A stretch of DNA of 60,018 bases, the filler included, from Sluysia triapertura (Eukaryota), in NCBI GenBank assembly GCA_046118255.1. It is 4 parts of 4 records of this genome, joined end to end, with 100 filler letters (N's around TTAATTAATTAA, not from the genome) between each part and the next. Parts side by side here need not be neighbours in the genome. Positions count along the whole stretch, not along the records: positions 31,199 to 46,070 come from JBJNIA010245874.1; positions 46,171 to 60,018 come from JBJNIA010016859.1; 2 more parts are not named here. One strand, written 5' to 3'. The notes under the pieces were generated by a model, which was not told the DNA's origin, did no database searches, and saw only the letters and a list, made by a program, of their open reading frames with translations. This document shows positions 38,995-52,369 of this stretch, piece after piece (the stretch's first letter is position 1; the number at the start of each line of letters is the position of its first letter). The position numbers were made by a program, and so were the translations under genes.

Positions 38995-39230
38995 GATCGA
39001 ACTAATACCAGTATATATACCAGTCATCAGCCAATCAAAATCCATGGAATTTCTTGCAAATTTTAGAATTTTCTATTTCTTTTTTTAGAAAGTAGCATTT
39101 TCTTTCCTCGAAAATAAGTTTCTTTTTTCGAAATTTTTTTTCTTTTAAGAAATTTAATGATTTTAATTAATTTTTTTAATTAAATTTAGTGATTTTAAAT
39201 GGTTGTGATGTTAACCTAACAAATATGAAA
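38995..39230 (+). repeat. Dispersed repeat family R1, copy 5
   Basis: CCAGTATATATACCAGTCATCAGCCAATCAAAATCCATGGAA followed by the same T-rich tail as copy 2. Confidence 0.7.
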
Positions 39231-39534
39231 ATATAATTTTTCTTTTCAAAATAGGTATTTAAAATCTTTTTTTTCAACTAAAGCCCGAATAATAGTTCAA
39301 ATCCAAAAATTGTTTTAAATTAACGAAAATAAACAATTTATTCAAAGTGAAAATTCGAAAGAAAAGTACTGTTTAAAAATTTAAAGAACACTAAAGAAAA
39401 TATCTAATATTTCTTAATAAATATTCGACCAAACTAATTGTTAACTAATAACAATGATTTTATAACGGCCTATTGTACTCAATTCCATACAAAATTTTGC
39501 GAAAATTGCAATTACTATCGAATCAAAATCATGA

Positions 39535-39632
39535 CAATACTTTCTAAATGATTACATTTATAAACTGTGTTTAAAAACTGAGCAACAGTTACCAGAGAAT
39601 GTTAAATTACGAGAAAATTATGAAATAGTTGA
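39535..39632 (+). mobile_element. Small fragment of the same L2-type LINE
   Basis: CAACAGTTACCAGAGAATGTTAAATTACGAGAAAATTATGAAATA matches 2042-2087. Confidence 0.6.
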
Positions 39633-40647
39633 ATGATGAAAATATATTGAATGATATGTTATGAATCGTAGTTCCACTTGAAGTGTTGTCACAATAATAA
39701 TGATTCATTCAGAATAACATGACATATTTTAAGTATAAATTTACAAAATTAATTTCCATATTTAAACTAATTATATAGGGATAAATTTAGCGAAATTAAA
39801 CTTCGTTTTAAACAATTTTATTTTGTCTTTCTAGCTGCTAATTATGTTTGTAATTACATTTACTATTTCAATATCACCGTGCTACTCATCTTATCATGCA
39901 TATGGTTTTCTTACAATCAAATGTAAACGGTTTTAAAATACGAATTTGCTTTGTAAATTTTAGTATTTGTTATCTTAAAATATTAATATTTTGTTTGAAT
40001 ATTAATTTAGTTTCTATATAACATTAATAATATTCGTAAAATGAACTGGATATTTATTTTGATACTTTCTTTTATTATCCTCTATTCTCATTTTATTTAT
40101 TATTATATATTTATATTAGGAAAATAATAATAAATACATTATCATCATCAATAATGTCATTATTGGCATCATTATTATAAAATTATTATGTTTACTATCA
40201 TAATAACTTTTGTTTTTAAACCACTGAAAAATGTTATCAAATTAAGTTTCATTGACAAAATATATAAATGAAACTTTTTTTTACAATCATTTTTAAATGT
40301 ACTTCGAAATTAATTATTATAGCCATTTTTGAATTGCATATTTTACATAAGATAATTGACAAGTGTTGCTTTGTAAAATTTTAAAAGTTGTACAACTATT
40401 TCTGACTCGAATTGGCTAATGTGTAAAAATAGAAAAGGCGATGAAGTATTAGTACTTGTAAATCACATCAAATTATTTGTTGCCAAGTCATTAAATTAAA
40501 TTGTATGTTAAAACAAAAATCGTACCAAATTAGTTACTAAAAAGAATAGAATTTCATAATAATATGTGAAAGTTTAACGTATACGTGTAAAAAGTATCGT
40601 TTCGACTGAAGCAGCGAGATCCAAGTTAAGTAAAGAGGTATTTTTAT

Positions 40648-40650
<3 letters not shown>

Positions 40651-40694
<44 letters not shown>
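40651..40694. repeat. (AT)n microsatellite
   Basis: Pure AT run of about 22 units. Confidence 0.95.
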
Positions 40695-40697
<3 letters not shown>

Positions 40698-43690
40698 ATG
40701 GCCGGGGCTTTATTAATTGAAAGATGGATACAAAGTTAATTCCAAATGAAAAGAAATTATTTAAGTCTATTAAAATTAATTTTCTAAAATTGGACTTATG
40801 AAAATTTTAAATTGAAAGTAAAAAATAGGCTTAAGGCCTAAGGTTAAATCTTTATATTTAAAAAAAATTAAAACATAAAAGCTTATTTTATTTATTGCCT
40901 CACAAGTAAAAATTATAAAACATTAAATATAAAACGTTTGCTATAGTGTAAAATTTTGATTCTATCAATAAAAAAATCAACTCTAAATCGTCTGTCAAAA
41001 CTTTAGGGCAATAATCTAATCTAATTGTTGATTGATCATGTAGAGTATTATTAAATATTTGAATAGCCGATGAACCAGTGAACTCATCAAGTTCAACAAC
41101 AGTTAAATGACTTTTAGTAACACTTGGTACAATAACTTTTATTTTTTTTAATGTTTATAGAAAATTTCATTAATTCGCTCAAAACATTAACGTTACACAA
41201 AGGTGACAAATTTTTAACTGTTATAAAACATAAAATAGTAAAATTTCAATAAAGACTGTATAATTTTAGTCGTAACAATAGGACTATTTTTAAATAATAC
41301 ATTGATTAGTGACTTGTGAAGTTTAACCTCACTAATAGCTCTAAAATCATTAATACAAGTATTTAAAATTTCAGAAACACAATATTAATATAAATGGTTT
41401 TGGCGTAATATTTAGAGTTTATATGATATTATTTATTGTTTATGCAAAATGTGGAAGAGTAACAATGAAAGGAAAAGGTTAAATGTGAAATTTTATGAAA
41501 GTTAAGGGTAACGAAGTTATAATGAATAGTGCAACACCACAATAAAATAGAAGCATATCCGATTTGACAGGATTGGTTTTAATGAGGATTGTTATAAATT
41601 GAAAACCACACATTTATTATGTAGAAATAAAAAATGGACTATATGTTTAACTATTAAGCAATGTAAAAAGACAAAAATAGATCATATAAATTATTAAAAT
41701 ACAAACACGAAACAATTACTAATAAAATTTTAGCAGGGTTCGATTATAGTGTATGACTTTCAAGATGAGTTGGGCGTATCTGTAACTGTAAGTAATAATT
41801 CTTAACACAATTCAACTTTTAAATGTCTTAACCTCAAATTAGTCTTATTAAACAGATGTTTACAATGAATTTTAATTTTATTATATTTTCTTAAGCAGAA
41901 ATTCTATACTTATTTATAAATTTTCTAATCTGGAATTTTAATTAAATCAACAAATTAACTGTTCATGACAATGGCTTAATAACACTAATTAAAGTCTATT
42001 GTATTACTTAACTTTACGTAGATTACTTCGTTAATTTATTAAATTTAGCTCGTTTTAGATTTGTGTTATTTGGTGTTTAATATAATTCTATTCTCTTTTT
42101 AATATTTTATATAATTTACAGTAATTATTTTATAAATAACAAAACTTGAAGATCAGTTTTTTATAATTTTTATAAATACAATACCAAAATTTATGCAGTA
42201 TAATTGTAGTAGATATAAGAATTAACAGAATATGATGATTAAAGCCTCCTGGGCATTTAATTCAATAAATAAGACTAAAAAATGATTTTTGACCTCATAA
42301 AATTTTTTAAAACAATAATTTAAGTGTATTTCATGATTCGAAACTTACTATTATTTTACACAAAGATAATCACTGTTTCTCAAAATGTCATTGTGCATAA
42401 AAATTGTAGTCTAAGTGGATAGTCTAATTTGAAATTGTGACTAAACTAGCAAAGCCAATTGGAATTGACTTTTGTATATAATGTTATTTATAATATTTAT
42501 TAATTTGAAAATTTTATTATTTATTATTATATTGTGCAAATGTTAAATTTTTTAAATTATTATTACATTATTTAGTATAAAATTAACCCAAATGAGGTTA
42601 AGAAGTTTGATCCCAGAAAGTATTAAAAAATGTTAAACGTTTGTAAATTTTTGGCGAATTTCCATTATATTAAATCAGCATGCGTCCAATGAAGTTTGAA
42701 TTGTAAACATTTGTAATTATTTCATACTTCATTGGCTCGAACACACCATGACAATGATAAATTACAAATGATGACATGGACTTAATACTAGTAATTGTGA
42801 TGAGGACTAAGATGTTAATCAAATGTAACGCTACTACTATTGCTACTGCTAATTATGATTTTTATTATTATTTTACATTGATATTTATTAGTATTATATT
42901 TATTAATATTATTGTTATAATAGTTATAATTATATTTATTTTTATTATTAAAAGACTTAATTTTAACTGTAAAAAATTATGTTTTTAGAGTATAAGTGTT
43001 ATAAAAGTATTGAATAGTATTGTATGAAAGTAAAAATAGTATGTGTTTAAAATTATGTAATCAGTTATAAGAGAGCGCAAAGTTAATGAGAGATTGTAAA
43101 GTATGTAATGATGACGCAGGTTGATTAATATTCGTATTGTTTATATCAATGATAGTAATAAAATGCTTAGATATATCTTCTAAAGTACATTTGTTGTGAA
43201 AATGATGAAAAGTGTAATGGTTTTGTATTTGATGTATCAAAATAATATAAAGTAATATTGTATCAGATTGAATAATAGGTTTATAATAAAGGTTGAAAAT
43301 ATGTAATATCTTTAGTTCATGTGATTTCTACTGTTTGTATGAAATTGTAATACAATTGTAAGTTTGATTTTGAGTCACCATAATTTTCAAATTGTAAAAT
43401 TGTTATGTTATCGTCAGTGACTCATTTGATCATATAGAGAAGTGTTATGAGCTAAATATGAGCTCAATGATTTTATCCTTTTCCTGAAAATCTAATAATA
43501 AACTCTAAATTAAATTATATTGCTAGGAATTTTATTTAAAAGTTAAAATTTAAAAATTACTTTATATGGGTTTGCTTATAGTATGCGGTTTATCTTTTAT
43601 GTCAAAATGACGTATATATAGGATTTCTTTAATAGTCAGTGTATATTTAATTGTGCAATACATTTTATTTTTATTATCAACGTTTACTTT

Positions 43691-45061
43691 TTATTTATAA
43701 CTAATGAATTTTGAACAGGTCATTTTTAAATTTAAGGTATATTCTAATGAACTAAAATAAAACATGGAGACAAATGCATTATAATTATAACATATTGGGA
43801 GCGAGGATTCAGAAAGATTAGTCAAGGATGGACGAAAGTCAAAATAGCTTACTTCTAAATTTACATTTTGATCAACGAGAAACACGATATAACGATTTTT
43901 ATTACCTGCAATCATGGAACATTGTAGAAGATTAGACCACGAGCTAATCACCTTTGACCAATCTACATTTATAGAACATAGTATACGATGAGACCGCAAA
44001 CTGACTATCTTTTCTTTAGTAATTATTTTCGCTGCATTTATTTGACTTCATTCATGTTCACCTCATCTGCATTCATGGAGCACTGCATAAGATTAAAATA
44101 TGAACTATTGATCTTTCCTTCATCAAATGTCTTTACTGCATTTACATTCACTTCATCTATATTCATGAAGCGTTGTATAAGCTTAAAGTATGAACTAATT
44201 ATCTTTATCATTGTTAATGACTTGCTCTTGAAAGTTGTATTTAAAAATTGTGGTTGAATAATTTTTTCGCTACTAGTCAAGTTATAAGAGCACGGATTTC
44301 GGTTAGACCACAGTTTGCTAGGAAGTGGTACTTCGATTTATCCGGCTGATTTTGGTTTTCTGATTGAGTGACATTATGCCATTATTGTACTGAAGATTTA
44401 TGAAGTGTTTCTGGACTAGTTTGTAATTGAGAATTTGACTAAACACCAATTGTGATCCTTGTGTCACGATTTAAACGGTAGCGTACTGAGTTAATAATGC
44501 AATTTCGTAAATTTTCAGTCAAAAAATTCACATTCGAAACAGTGTTTCTTTGGGTCTAATTTTAAAAAATCACTAAGTGAAGTTCGTTGTGGTAATTCTA
44601 GATTGTAAATATTTACATTTGGTCATTGGTCGGAAAGTAAAATCTTCATTATCTGATAGTGACTGCATTTGTACAAATTCAACGGGTTTGTTGTTAACCA
44701 TTTTTAGAATATTCTCCTTCTGACTTACATAGTCGTGTATTGAAACTGAAGAGGCTAGGTCCGAAGAGAGAACGACACTATTGCTGCTTAATTGGTAATA
44801 GAAAATATCAGCGGTTCAATGTATGGTCTTTTAAATGATTTTTCTTCACTAAATTATGTGCTTCTCGAATGATTGCGCGATCAAAATCTTTAGTTTCGTA
44901 TCGCTTCATGAATATTGTTATACCAAATTTAATTTTGTGATATTTAATTGATTTGCTTTCAAAGTAGTTGAATGATATGGCTTAATCTGGTCATGTGTTG
45001 TTTTAATCTGTACATTTTCTCAGGGAGATTCAACAACACGGCGATTTTTGCGAGTTGGCAT
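43691..45061 (-). pseudogene. Decayed intronless coding sequence of unknown family with an internal 30-aa repeat
   Basis: GC content is higher than the flanks. ATG at 45061 (MPTRKNRRVVESP*), then broken frames. The motif recurs three times as KIISSYFKLIQRFM, KINSSYFNLMQCSM and KVISSWSNLLQCSM; the first two are 90 bp apart. Confidence 0.5.
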
Positions 45062-46070
45062 TAAAATAAATTATAATAGCACATAATTTTTTTAAAACAA
45101 ATAGAAATTCAGTGGAGCTGATAAATACTTGATAAGCGTTTGGTTTGTTGACTCTGCCTCAGAAAGTTAAAGGACAATTGATAGATGGTTAAAGAGGAGT
45201 GGATATGGAAAAGAGTTATAAAAGAGAATTATGAAGGTTATGGTGGAGTTGAGAGAAATTGAAATTGTTTTTTATAGAAATTTCTGTTTTGACGCAATTT
45301 GAATTTTTAAGTGAAAAGATTTTAAGTTATCTAATTGTTGGATGAGGTGAAGTGTTTAAATTTCGATAATGAGTTGGGATCGCAGTCTAAAGTTTTGACT
45401 TCAATAACTTTTAATAGCTACTTTAGTAATTTCTTATAGTCCTACCTCTTATTGTTTATGTTCAATATGATATTTTTCCCTTAATCCAAACGCCAATTTT
45501 TTTGGGTAACTCCTTTTGAGTTCCTTTAAAATTCTAATTCAATATTTTAATAAGCAAAAATCAAATAGAATAAACTCACTAAATTCTATTATAAACAAAT
45601 ACAAATTATGTTTATAATAATACCAACAATGCACAACACTTAATAAGGCTATATATATAATTATATATATAATTATTTGGAGAACTGCGAAGACGTCGAT
45701 ACCAAATAAGCGTGAACTATTCTCGAATGTAGTTTACGGATTCGTTTTATTACTGATGCATTTTATTACATTTATTTTCGTTTATGAGCTTATATACCAC
45801 TCGTTAAAATATTACATTAGTTAAGAATACTGAGATATTGCATATAATTAAAAATCCATTAATATCGAAAAATTCATTAAAAGTCCATTAACAAGTATTT
45901 CAATTTAAAATTAAAACATCGAGATTTAAAAAATCCATTAAAAACAAGTATTTTAAAAATCCTTTTAGTGAAAAATAAATTCTTTTAATTGCTTAAATTA
46001 TTTCAATTACATTATATCAATTTGTATTTGTCCTTTTAGTAAAAAACAAATCCTTTTAATTGATTATATC

Positions 46071-46170
46071 NNNNNNNNNNNNNNNNNNNNNNNNNNNNNN
46101 NNNNNNNNNNNNNNTTAATTAATTAANNNNNNNNNNNNNNNNNNNNNNNNNNNNNNNNNNNNNNNNNNNN
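46071..46170. other. Artificial contig spacer
   Basis: 44 N + TTAATTAATTAA + 44 N. Confidence 0.97.
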
Positions 46171-46655
46171 TAATAATAAATTATTGTAATTTTATTATAT
46201 TATAATTTATTTAGATTAGCGTATATTACGTATATTATTTAGATTACGAAAAGAAATATTTTATTTTATTCAGATTATTATATGTTGGTGTAATATGTGG
46301 TGAATGTTTGTGGTAGACCGTGTTAGGAGTTTATGTATGAGTTGAACACTACACTGAATTCGAAGAACTTAATGCTAGCCTTGTTGTGAATACTTACGAA
46401 GAACTCAATGAGGTAAGCTGATACCCTTAAGTTTAATTTGGTTGTCTAAACTACTTATGCTTATGTAATAAGTCACGTTATGAATTAAAAGTATCCTATG
46501 TTTACTCTTTATATTACTAGACTTGTCAAGTTTATAACTTTTATAGAAAATTTCATTTTTTTTATTTTTTAACGTTTTAATTATTTCGAGTTTATAAATA
46601 AAAATTAGAAATGTGTGATACACCAAATAAAACTTTATTAAATAACTAGAAAAAT

Positions 46656-48084
46656 TTAATTCAATAATAGATTTTTGTTAACTGGTAATTCAATCTTTCG
46701 TTTGACCTTTTTACGTTTCGTCCCATTTTTTCGCAGAGATTTTTGTTGCACTTCGTATATCCGGCTAAGTCTTCTTTTGACTAAATTAAAGTTATATAGA
46801 TATATAAAGTTAAGACTAACAAGGTTATAGATAAAAACAAACATCGTCAATCTTTGTATTCACGTTTATTTGATTATCGAGTAGATTCGTAGAGTCGTTG
46901 TCAGGTAGTATTGCATTAAGCAAACAGGAATCATAGTCCCGTACATGACGTTGGTAGATACCGCTGGTAGATGAACTTTGTTCTTGAGAATTAACATATA
47001 ATATCGATGGTTTTTCAGTATCGCTGTCATTAGCCACAAAATCTTGAATTTTCAAAATCTTGCTGAAACTCATCGCAATGGATTTCTAATAACTCTTCCG
47101 ATTCACATGATTTTTCATCAATAGGAACAAGACCTCTATTACTTATCTTTATGGGATCTTCCTTAACATTAAATAAAACACGAAGATAATACTGTAACAA
47201 CTTAGATAGTTCCAACTTTTTTGGAGACTGAACGATTGCTTTAATTTTCTCTTCTACTAAAGGTACGTTATTTATATCATCTACATCACGTTTTTCATTA
47301 GTATGAACTGGAAAATTAGAATTACATGAGATTTCACTCTTATCTACAATTATCCGGATAACGTTATCCATTACAATTAGAACTTTCAATACATACGTTG
47401 TAACAGGATATCCAGTATGAAATGTTAATTTGTTTCGAAAAATAATTGTTTTGCCTTGTAATCTTGGTAATATTAGTGAATCTGCTTGAAATAGTATTTC
47501 TTTTTCAAAGCTATCATTAATTAATGAGGAGTTAACCAAATTATATTTTGAAGGTACATCTAGTAGGCACTCGACATTGTTTTGTGATCCGCTTTGTCGT
47601 AACCAGTGCTATTTGGCTGAGATGTATTGTGTTTGGTTGTAAGTGGTTCATTTGTTTTAAAATAAGCATTACTAGTAACAAGATTAAATTTATAAACCTC
47701 TAAAACATCTTCTTTGATTGTTCTCTTTGAATCTCTAAGAGTAAAACTATCGTAATCCATTAATCGTCGAATCCATATATCTTCATTTGGTATATCCGTG
47801 AATCTTACGTCGTTATCTGTTACTGGTAATACTTTTTCATTTATTAAACCGGTAATTTTCATAAAATTTTCAACTGAATTATCATATTCTTCTTGATCGA
47901 AGAAATTAGGATCCATATCATTAACAGGAATACATTGTTTGGTATGAATGCAATGATAAAGATGATTTGATTCGTCGTGAGTATACAAATTTTTCAAACT
48001 TTCATAGATAATTTGATAATCGGTAATCATTTCATTTGTTAAACTGGTCGTTTTCATAATATTCCTAGTACTGTTGAATAACAT
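46656..48084 (-). pseudogene. Cargo ORF of module A: about 470 codons broken into four abutting frames, unknown family
   Basis: ORFs 48084-47560, 47539-47030, 47073-46825 and 46850-46656 tile the interval on one strand. Basic C-terminus KRRLSR...RKNGTKRKKVKRK. No env, RT or transposase motif recognised. Confidence 0.65.
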
Positions 48085-48225
48085 TATGAAGATTATTTCT
48101 TTTTCAATTCAATACCAATTGCGCAGAAGTGAAGTTTTGTAATATAAAAATTTAATTGTACTCTAAAATTTTAATTGTACTAACTCATTAGTAATGTTTA
48201 TTAGCTACTAAGTGGTTTTTCAGAC

Positions 48226-48514
48226 TGTCCAATCAGAGTATTTTAAGAATATTGAGAATTATATGCACTCTGATTGGGCAATGACAAAAATTAATTTTCG
48301 AAAAATATTCACAAATCAACCACCGTCATCAGTACTGTCATTCTAATGACATTTTTAAACAGCGCAATCAGCACTGATGACGGTAGCAACTACTTTAATA
48401 CGCTAAATTAAAAATTGGTAAAAATATTATGTACTACCGACAGTAACAATAATAATTAAAACAATAATAATAGTAATAACGATAATAACAATAGTAATAT
48501 TGTTATCATCAGTA
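48226..48514. other. Three-hairpin array of module A
   Basis: Arms 48226-48239/48267-48280 (TGTCCAATCAGAGT, 13 of 14) and 48322-48337/48369-48384 (ACCGTCATCAGTACTG, 15 of 16). A degenerate third stem runs about 48432-48451/48498-48514 around an AAT-rich loop. Confidence 0.85.
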
Positions 48515-49331
48515 AATAAAATTGCAGAAAATCATCTTTGAACTTTCTACACGATCTTTTCTGTTATATTCTTTAACGTCCTGACATATATAAAATTAAA
48601 AGGCCTAAAACTAATGAAATGCTGTGAAGGAACAACGATAACAAGGTATACTCGTCTCTGTCATCGCTGTTGCTTCATATTTAAAATAATGAACTCTTTA
48701 AGACTTTATTAAGTTTATTTATAAAGGTAAAAGAATGACTTGAGTTATACTTAAGACGAAGAGTGTTAGTATAAAGTTTGTTAAGATTTGATCCCTGAAT
48801 ATGATAGTTTGAGATGGTTATTGAAAGGTTGAAGTTAATTTAGTTTTAAATGATGATTACAAAATAAATCTTAACGTATTTGTATTGTTATTAAAAATGG
48901 TTGTTGATGCTAAATATGTATAGATAAAATGGATTTAGCTTGGTGTAGTTGATGATTAAGGATTTTAATGTAAATGCTTTATTTTTCTGAAGTACTTGTT
49001 AGCGTTATTGTATGGTGTTATTATATTCATGAATTGTGTATGATATGCTATGGTTGTGGCTTGTTTGTTAGGATATCATAGGTGAATGTTGTGAATTATT
49101 TGAGATTAAATGTCGAAGTTTGTTGTGCTGTGGATGGTTAAAAGTGTTAGTCGAATTGTTGATGTGTGTGAGTTGATGATATATTATAGATATCGAGTGT
49201 TTATGGTAGTTGGTAGTTCGGTAGTAAGAAATGTGATTGTTTTGAAATTTGTATTTTGGTGAAGTTTAACTTGTAAATATTGGATGTGGTGTTTTGATAA
49301 ATTTTAAGTTGAGTGTTGGCCACTACATCAG

Positions 49332-49339
49332 CCCCCTCT
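49332..49339 (-). promoter_or_regulatory. Polypurine tract of the Gypsy element
   Basis: AGAGGGGG on the minus strand, about 50 nt after the integrase stop, followed by CTGA and then TGTAGTGG. Confidence 0.8.
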
Positions 49340-49391
49340 GAAGAAGCGGAGCGGTATATTTTTATTTTTGTAATAGATCTGGTATCTTCAA

Positions 49392-52369
49392 TTAAATTGT
49401 ATGTAAACCTTGTTGGTTTAGTAGGATGGCAGTGTTGTTAAAGGTTACTGATTTTTCTGTTGTTAGATTATGGGAATCTTCTTCAACTAACATGATTGTT
49501 GGTTTAAGTTTACACCAATTTACTGTTTTGGATTTTCCATCGATGTTGATTGAAGCTGTATTATTGTTTGTGTTAAAGTGAATAATTTTGTATGGACCGG
49601 TGTATCTTGGTTGAAGAGATTTTGGATTTTCTGTTTTGAGCCACACGAATTTACTATCTAGAATATTTTTTGGTATAAAGATATGAGGAATCTCGTGACT
49701 TGGTAATTTATTTAGCTCGTTGAAATATTGCGCAGAAGAGGTGAATATATTTTTTCTGTGGGATGATCATTTTCAAATAATTCAAATGGTACCCTAGTAT
49801 TAGTTCCAAATACAATTTGGGCTGGGTAGTATCCTGTTGAAGAATGAGGGATATTACGCCAGCCTAATAGAATTAGTGGTAAAGCATCGACCCAATTGTG
49901 GTTTATTGATAATGCGCGCAAGGAGTTTTTTAGAGTTCTATGAAATCTCTCTATCATACCATTAGATTGTGGGTGGTATGAAGTTGTTCGTAGTCTAATA
50001 GTGCCAAGTTGTTTGAGTAGATTGTTGAAAAGGTTAGACTCGAACTGAGCTCCTTCATCTGTGATAATTCTTTTAGGGACTCCGAAACGTGAAATCCAGT
50101 TTGTTATTAAGATTCTGATTGATTGATCTAATTGGGAACGCTTCAGGCCATCTGCTGTGTCGGTCCAATATGGTTAAAATATAAGTATATCCACGTGATT
50201 GTGGCAGTCGTCCGACTATATCCATATGTATGGTATCGAAGAGTTGGCCAGTGGGGAAGTGAAGCGTTTGAGGTTTTATGTTTTTGTGAATTTTCACCGA
50301 TTGACAGGTCAAACAAGCTTTACACCAGTGTTTGATGTCTTGGCGCATTGAAGGCCATATTACTTTTGAATGTAGTAATTCTTATGTGGCCTTATCCCCG
50401 GCGTGTGTCATGTTGTGAATGTGTTCAAAAGCTTTAGTCCGGAGTTGTCCTAATACTGGTCGAGAAGTGCCAGATAATTCCACTCTGTAATGATGGTTTT
50501 GTTGAGAATTTGGAAATTTCTTGACTAGTTGGTGGGTTGTTTTGTAACTCCTCGACTGTGAATATTGATTGGAATTCGATGCTGTTTAAACCTACACGTG
50601 ATAGTGCATCGGCGACCACATTTTCTTGTCCCGGGATGAATTCTATGTTAAAATTGAATTGGGACAAGTAGCTAATATGCCATTGTTGTCTTGGAGTAGG
50701 GTTTTTCATTGTAAAGATGTGTAACAACGGTTTGTGGTCTCTTCTGAGTGTGAATTGCGCTGGGAGTAGTAGATACTCGAAATGTTTAACGGAAAGATAA
50801 ATCGCGAGCAATTCATGGTCAAATGCCGAATATCTGGTTTGTTGTGCAGAAAGTTTGTGGGAGTAAAATTCAATTGTTCTGGTTGTATCTTGTTGGTTTT
50901 GTGTTAGAACTGCGCCTATTGCTGTATTCGAAGCGTCAGTTGTTAAGGTAAACGGTAGATGTTGTGGAAACGCTAAACTTTCCATTTTCATAATTGCTTG
51001 TTTTGTTTGTTCAAAAGATTCCAGAGATTTGGTATTCCAGTTGATTTGTTGGTTTTTTTCCCGAAGATAGTTCTGTTAGAGGTGCTATTGTTTCTGATAG
51101 TTTCGGGATGAAACGTCGACAATAATTGACTAGGCCCAAGAAACTCCTCATTTGTGTGACTGTTTTAGGTTGAGGAAAGTCTCTTATGGCTGTTATATGG
51201 GTTTAGAGTGGTTCTATCCCGTCAACAGAGATGTTGTGGCCTAAAAAGATGATTTTGTTTTTGAAAAATTGACATTTATTGATTTTGATTATTAAATTAT
51301 TGTCGGAAAGTTTTTGGAATACTTGTTCCAGATATATTTGATGTTGTTTGAAATCTCTGGAGGCAATTATGATGCCGTCTATATAGGCTGTATTGAAGGT
51401 TAAGCCTTGAAGAACTTGATCGATATGACGTTGAAAAGTTTGGGCTGCGTTTCGTAGACCGAAAGGCATGCGTAAATACTCAAACAGGCCGAAAGGAGTT
51501 GTTACGGCTGTTTTTGGTATATTCTCAGTATGTACTGGGATTTGGTGATATGTCTTGGCGAGGTCTATTGATGAGAATATTGTACAACCAGTAAATCTGT
51601 GAAAGATGTCTGTTATGAGTGGCACAGGATATGCGTCTGGAACGGTGACTTTGTTAAGCATTCTGTAGTCACCGTATATCCTTATTGTTCCATCTTTCTT
51701 GTTGACGATTTGCAGAGGTGCGGCCCATGAAGAAGAGGAGCGACGCACTATTCCTTGTTTTTCCATTTCAAGGAATTCTGTCTCTGCTTGAGAACGTATT
51801 TTTTGTGCAAGTTCTCGTCGTCTTTGTCTGCACGGTGGTGTAGGTATAGTTTTTATAAAGTGTTCTGATTTAGGAACATATTCTGGATTAAATTGTTCAC
51901 GTAATAAATTAGGGTGAACTTTTTGTAGGTATTGGGTTATGTTGTTATTGTTGAGATCCTCAAGTTTGATTTTGATGTTGTTAAGTTGTTGAGTGGACTT
52001 TGTTAGAGTTTTGTTGTGGCAATCGACTAGGAGTTTATAATGAGTTAGGAAGTCTGCTCCTATTATCGGTTGCTGGATTGCAGCAATTAGAAAGGTCCAT
52101 TCGAAGGTTTCGTTGAAGTGTGACAATTTGAATTGTAATTTTGTGGATCCGAAGCAGGTAACAGTTGTCCCATTTGCTGCTGTAAGAAATGCGCGTGTCT
52201 GTGGTGTGTTTTTGATGAAATGTTGAGGAATTGCAGACACGGCAGCTCCAGTGTCTATCAGAAAATCCAATTTGGGATATTTAAAATCGATGAAGGTAAG
52301 TGGCAGTGTGAAGATACCATTGATTGCCAATTGTTTCGGTATAGCTGCTTTGACCGTTGGCAGTTTTAG
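49392..52369 (-). pseudogene. pol: Ty3/Gypsy pol (protease, RT, RNase H, integrase), disrupted
   Basis: LIDTGAAVS; YRMLNKVT; RMPFGLRNAAQTFQ; YIDG (catalytic YxDD mutated); TDASNTAIGAVL; DHKPL; NVVADALSR; CKACLTC; HMDIVG; IERFHRTLK; RYTGPYKI. Domain order PR-RT-RH-IN is Gypsy. Several stops and frameshifts. Confidence 0.96.

Larger units (their letters stand above)
46612..49327 (-). mobile_element. Module in the 3' LTR position (copy A) of the Gypsy element: leader, three hairpins, cargo ORF
   Basis: Begins TGTAGTGGCC at 49327, 4 nt after the polypurine tract, which fixes it as the LTR start. The first ~1.1 kb aligns with 55180-56317. Candidate end AATAAAGTTTTATTTGGTGTATCACACA at 46612 is inferred. 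Confidence 0.7.

Noticed and set aside
46656-48084. Cargo A as an env gene
   Set aside because: It lies downstream of the polypurine tract, and I saw no signal peptide or convincing C-terminal transmembrane anchor.
48322-48384. CTGATGA in hairpin 2 as a hammerhead ribozyme core or C/D-box motif
   Set aside because: No correctly placed GAAA after a stem II on either strand, the motif is buried in the stem, and it is CTGATGG or GTGATGG in modules C and B.
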